Below are positions 63,759 through 64,000 of a stretch of 64,000 nt of DNA, piece by piece; position 1 is the stretch's first letter, and each line of letters opens with the position of its first letter. The notes under the pieces are model-generated. The model was not told the origin of the DNA, searched no databases, and saw nothing but the letters and a program-made list of their open reading frames with translations. Made by a program: the position numbers and the translations under genes. This DNA is from Prochlorococcus sp. AG-412-F02 (GTDB lineage: Bacteria; Cyanobacteriota; Cyanobacteriia; PCC-6307; Cyanobiaceae). The stretch lies in contig QCLA01000001.1 of NCBI GenBank assembly GCA_003214935.1, forward strand, positions 136,492-200,491, read 5' to 3'.

Positions 63759-64000
63759 AAAGTAAAATTAATATTATTGAAGTTGAAAATAATGACAATC
63801 AATCTATAGAGAAAATTATTCAGAAAATTAGAGAGAATAAAATAATTTATATAAAAAACAAATTTTATAAAAACGAAGAGGCACTAGATCCGATAAATGA
63901 AAATGGACCAGCAATTATCTTAAACAGCAGTGGAAGCAGTGGTAAACCTAGAAAATGTTTTCACCATATAGATAATCTCAAATTATCTGCCGCTACTACA
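63755..64000 (+). CDS. menE: o-succinylbenzoate-CoA ligase (partial, runs off window)
   Basis: ATGA overlap with menC stop; open frame to the window end containing AMP-binding loop SSGSSGKPR. Confidence 0.85.
   Translation, partial: MKSKINIIEVENNDNQSIEKIIQKIRENKIIYIKNKFYKNEEALDPINENGPAIILNSSGSSGKPRKCFHHIDNLKLSAATT

Overview
AT-rich, gene-dense core-genome segment of a high-light Prochlorococcus. The psbA has the Prochlorococcus-type N-terminus and the Met205/Cys282 divinyl-chlorophyll residues. The window runs from a truncated ileS through tRNA-Leu(UAG), crtR, gatC, mpg, pyrB, coaBC, psbO, sat, ftsH, aroC, psbA, CP12, obg, mutS2, hemB, a bicA-sbtA-sbtB bicarbonate operon, a thioredoxin-reductase-family gene, eno, clpB, secE-nusG-rplKAJL, rnhA, pyrD, murG, pgk, rel/spoT, mnmE, nadC, argS, prfB (programmed +1 frameshift), grx-gshB and menF/A/C/E. 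I found no mobile element, CRISPR array, prophage or defence island, and I cannot support a wholly new multi-gene system. The best leads are small-scale. They are a 42-aa ORF divergent from psbA that the ORF track missed, two nearby genes (crtR, mpg) with no canonical start codon, a ClpB lacking NBD1 arginine fingers, and an NADPH-motif-less thioredoxin reductase with a C-terminal Trp beside an SbtB lacking its redox hairpin. Others are an exported MBL-fold protein without its metal motif, cis-regulatory RNA/DNA elements, and a possible lineage mosaic breakpoint near 50.2 kb.
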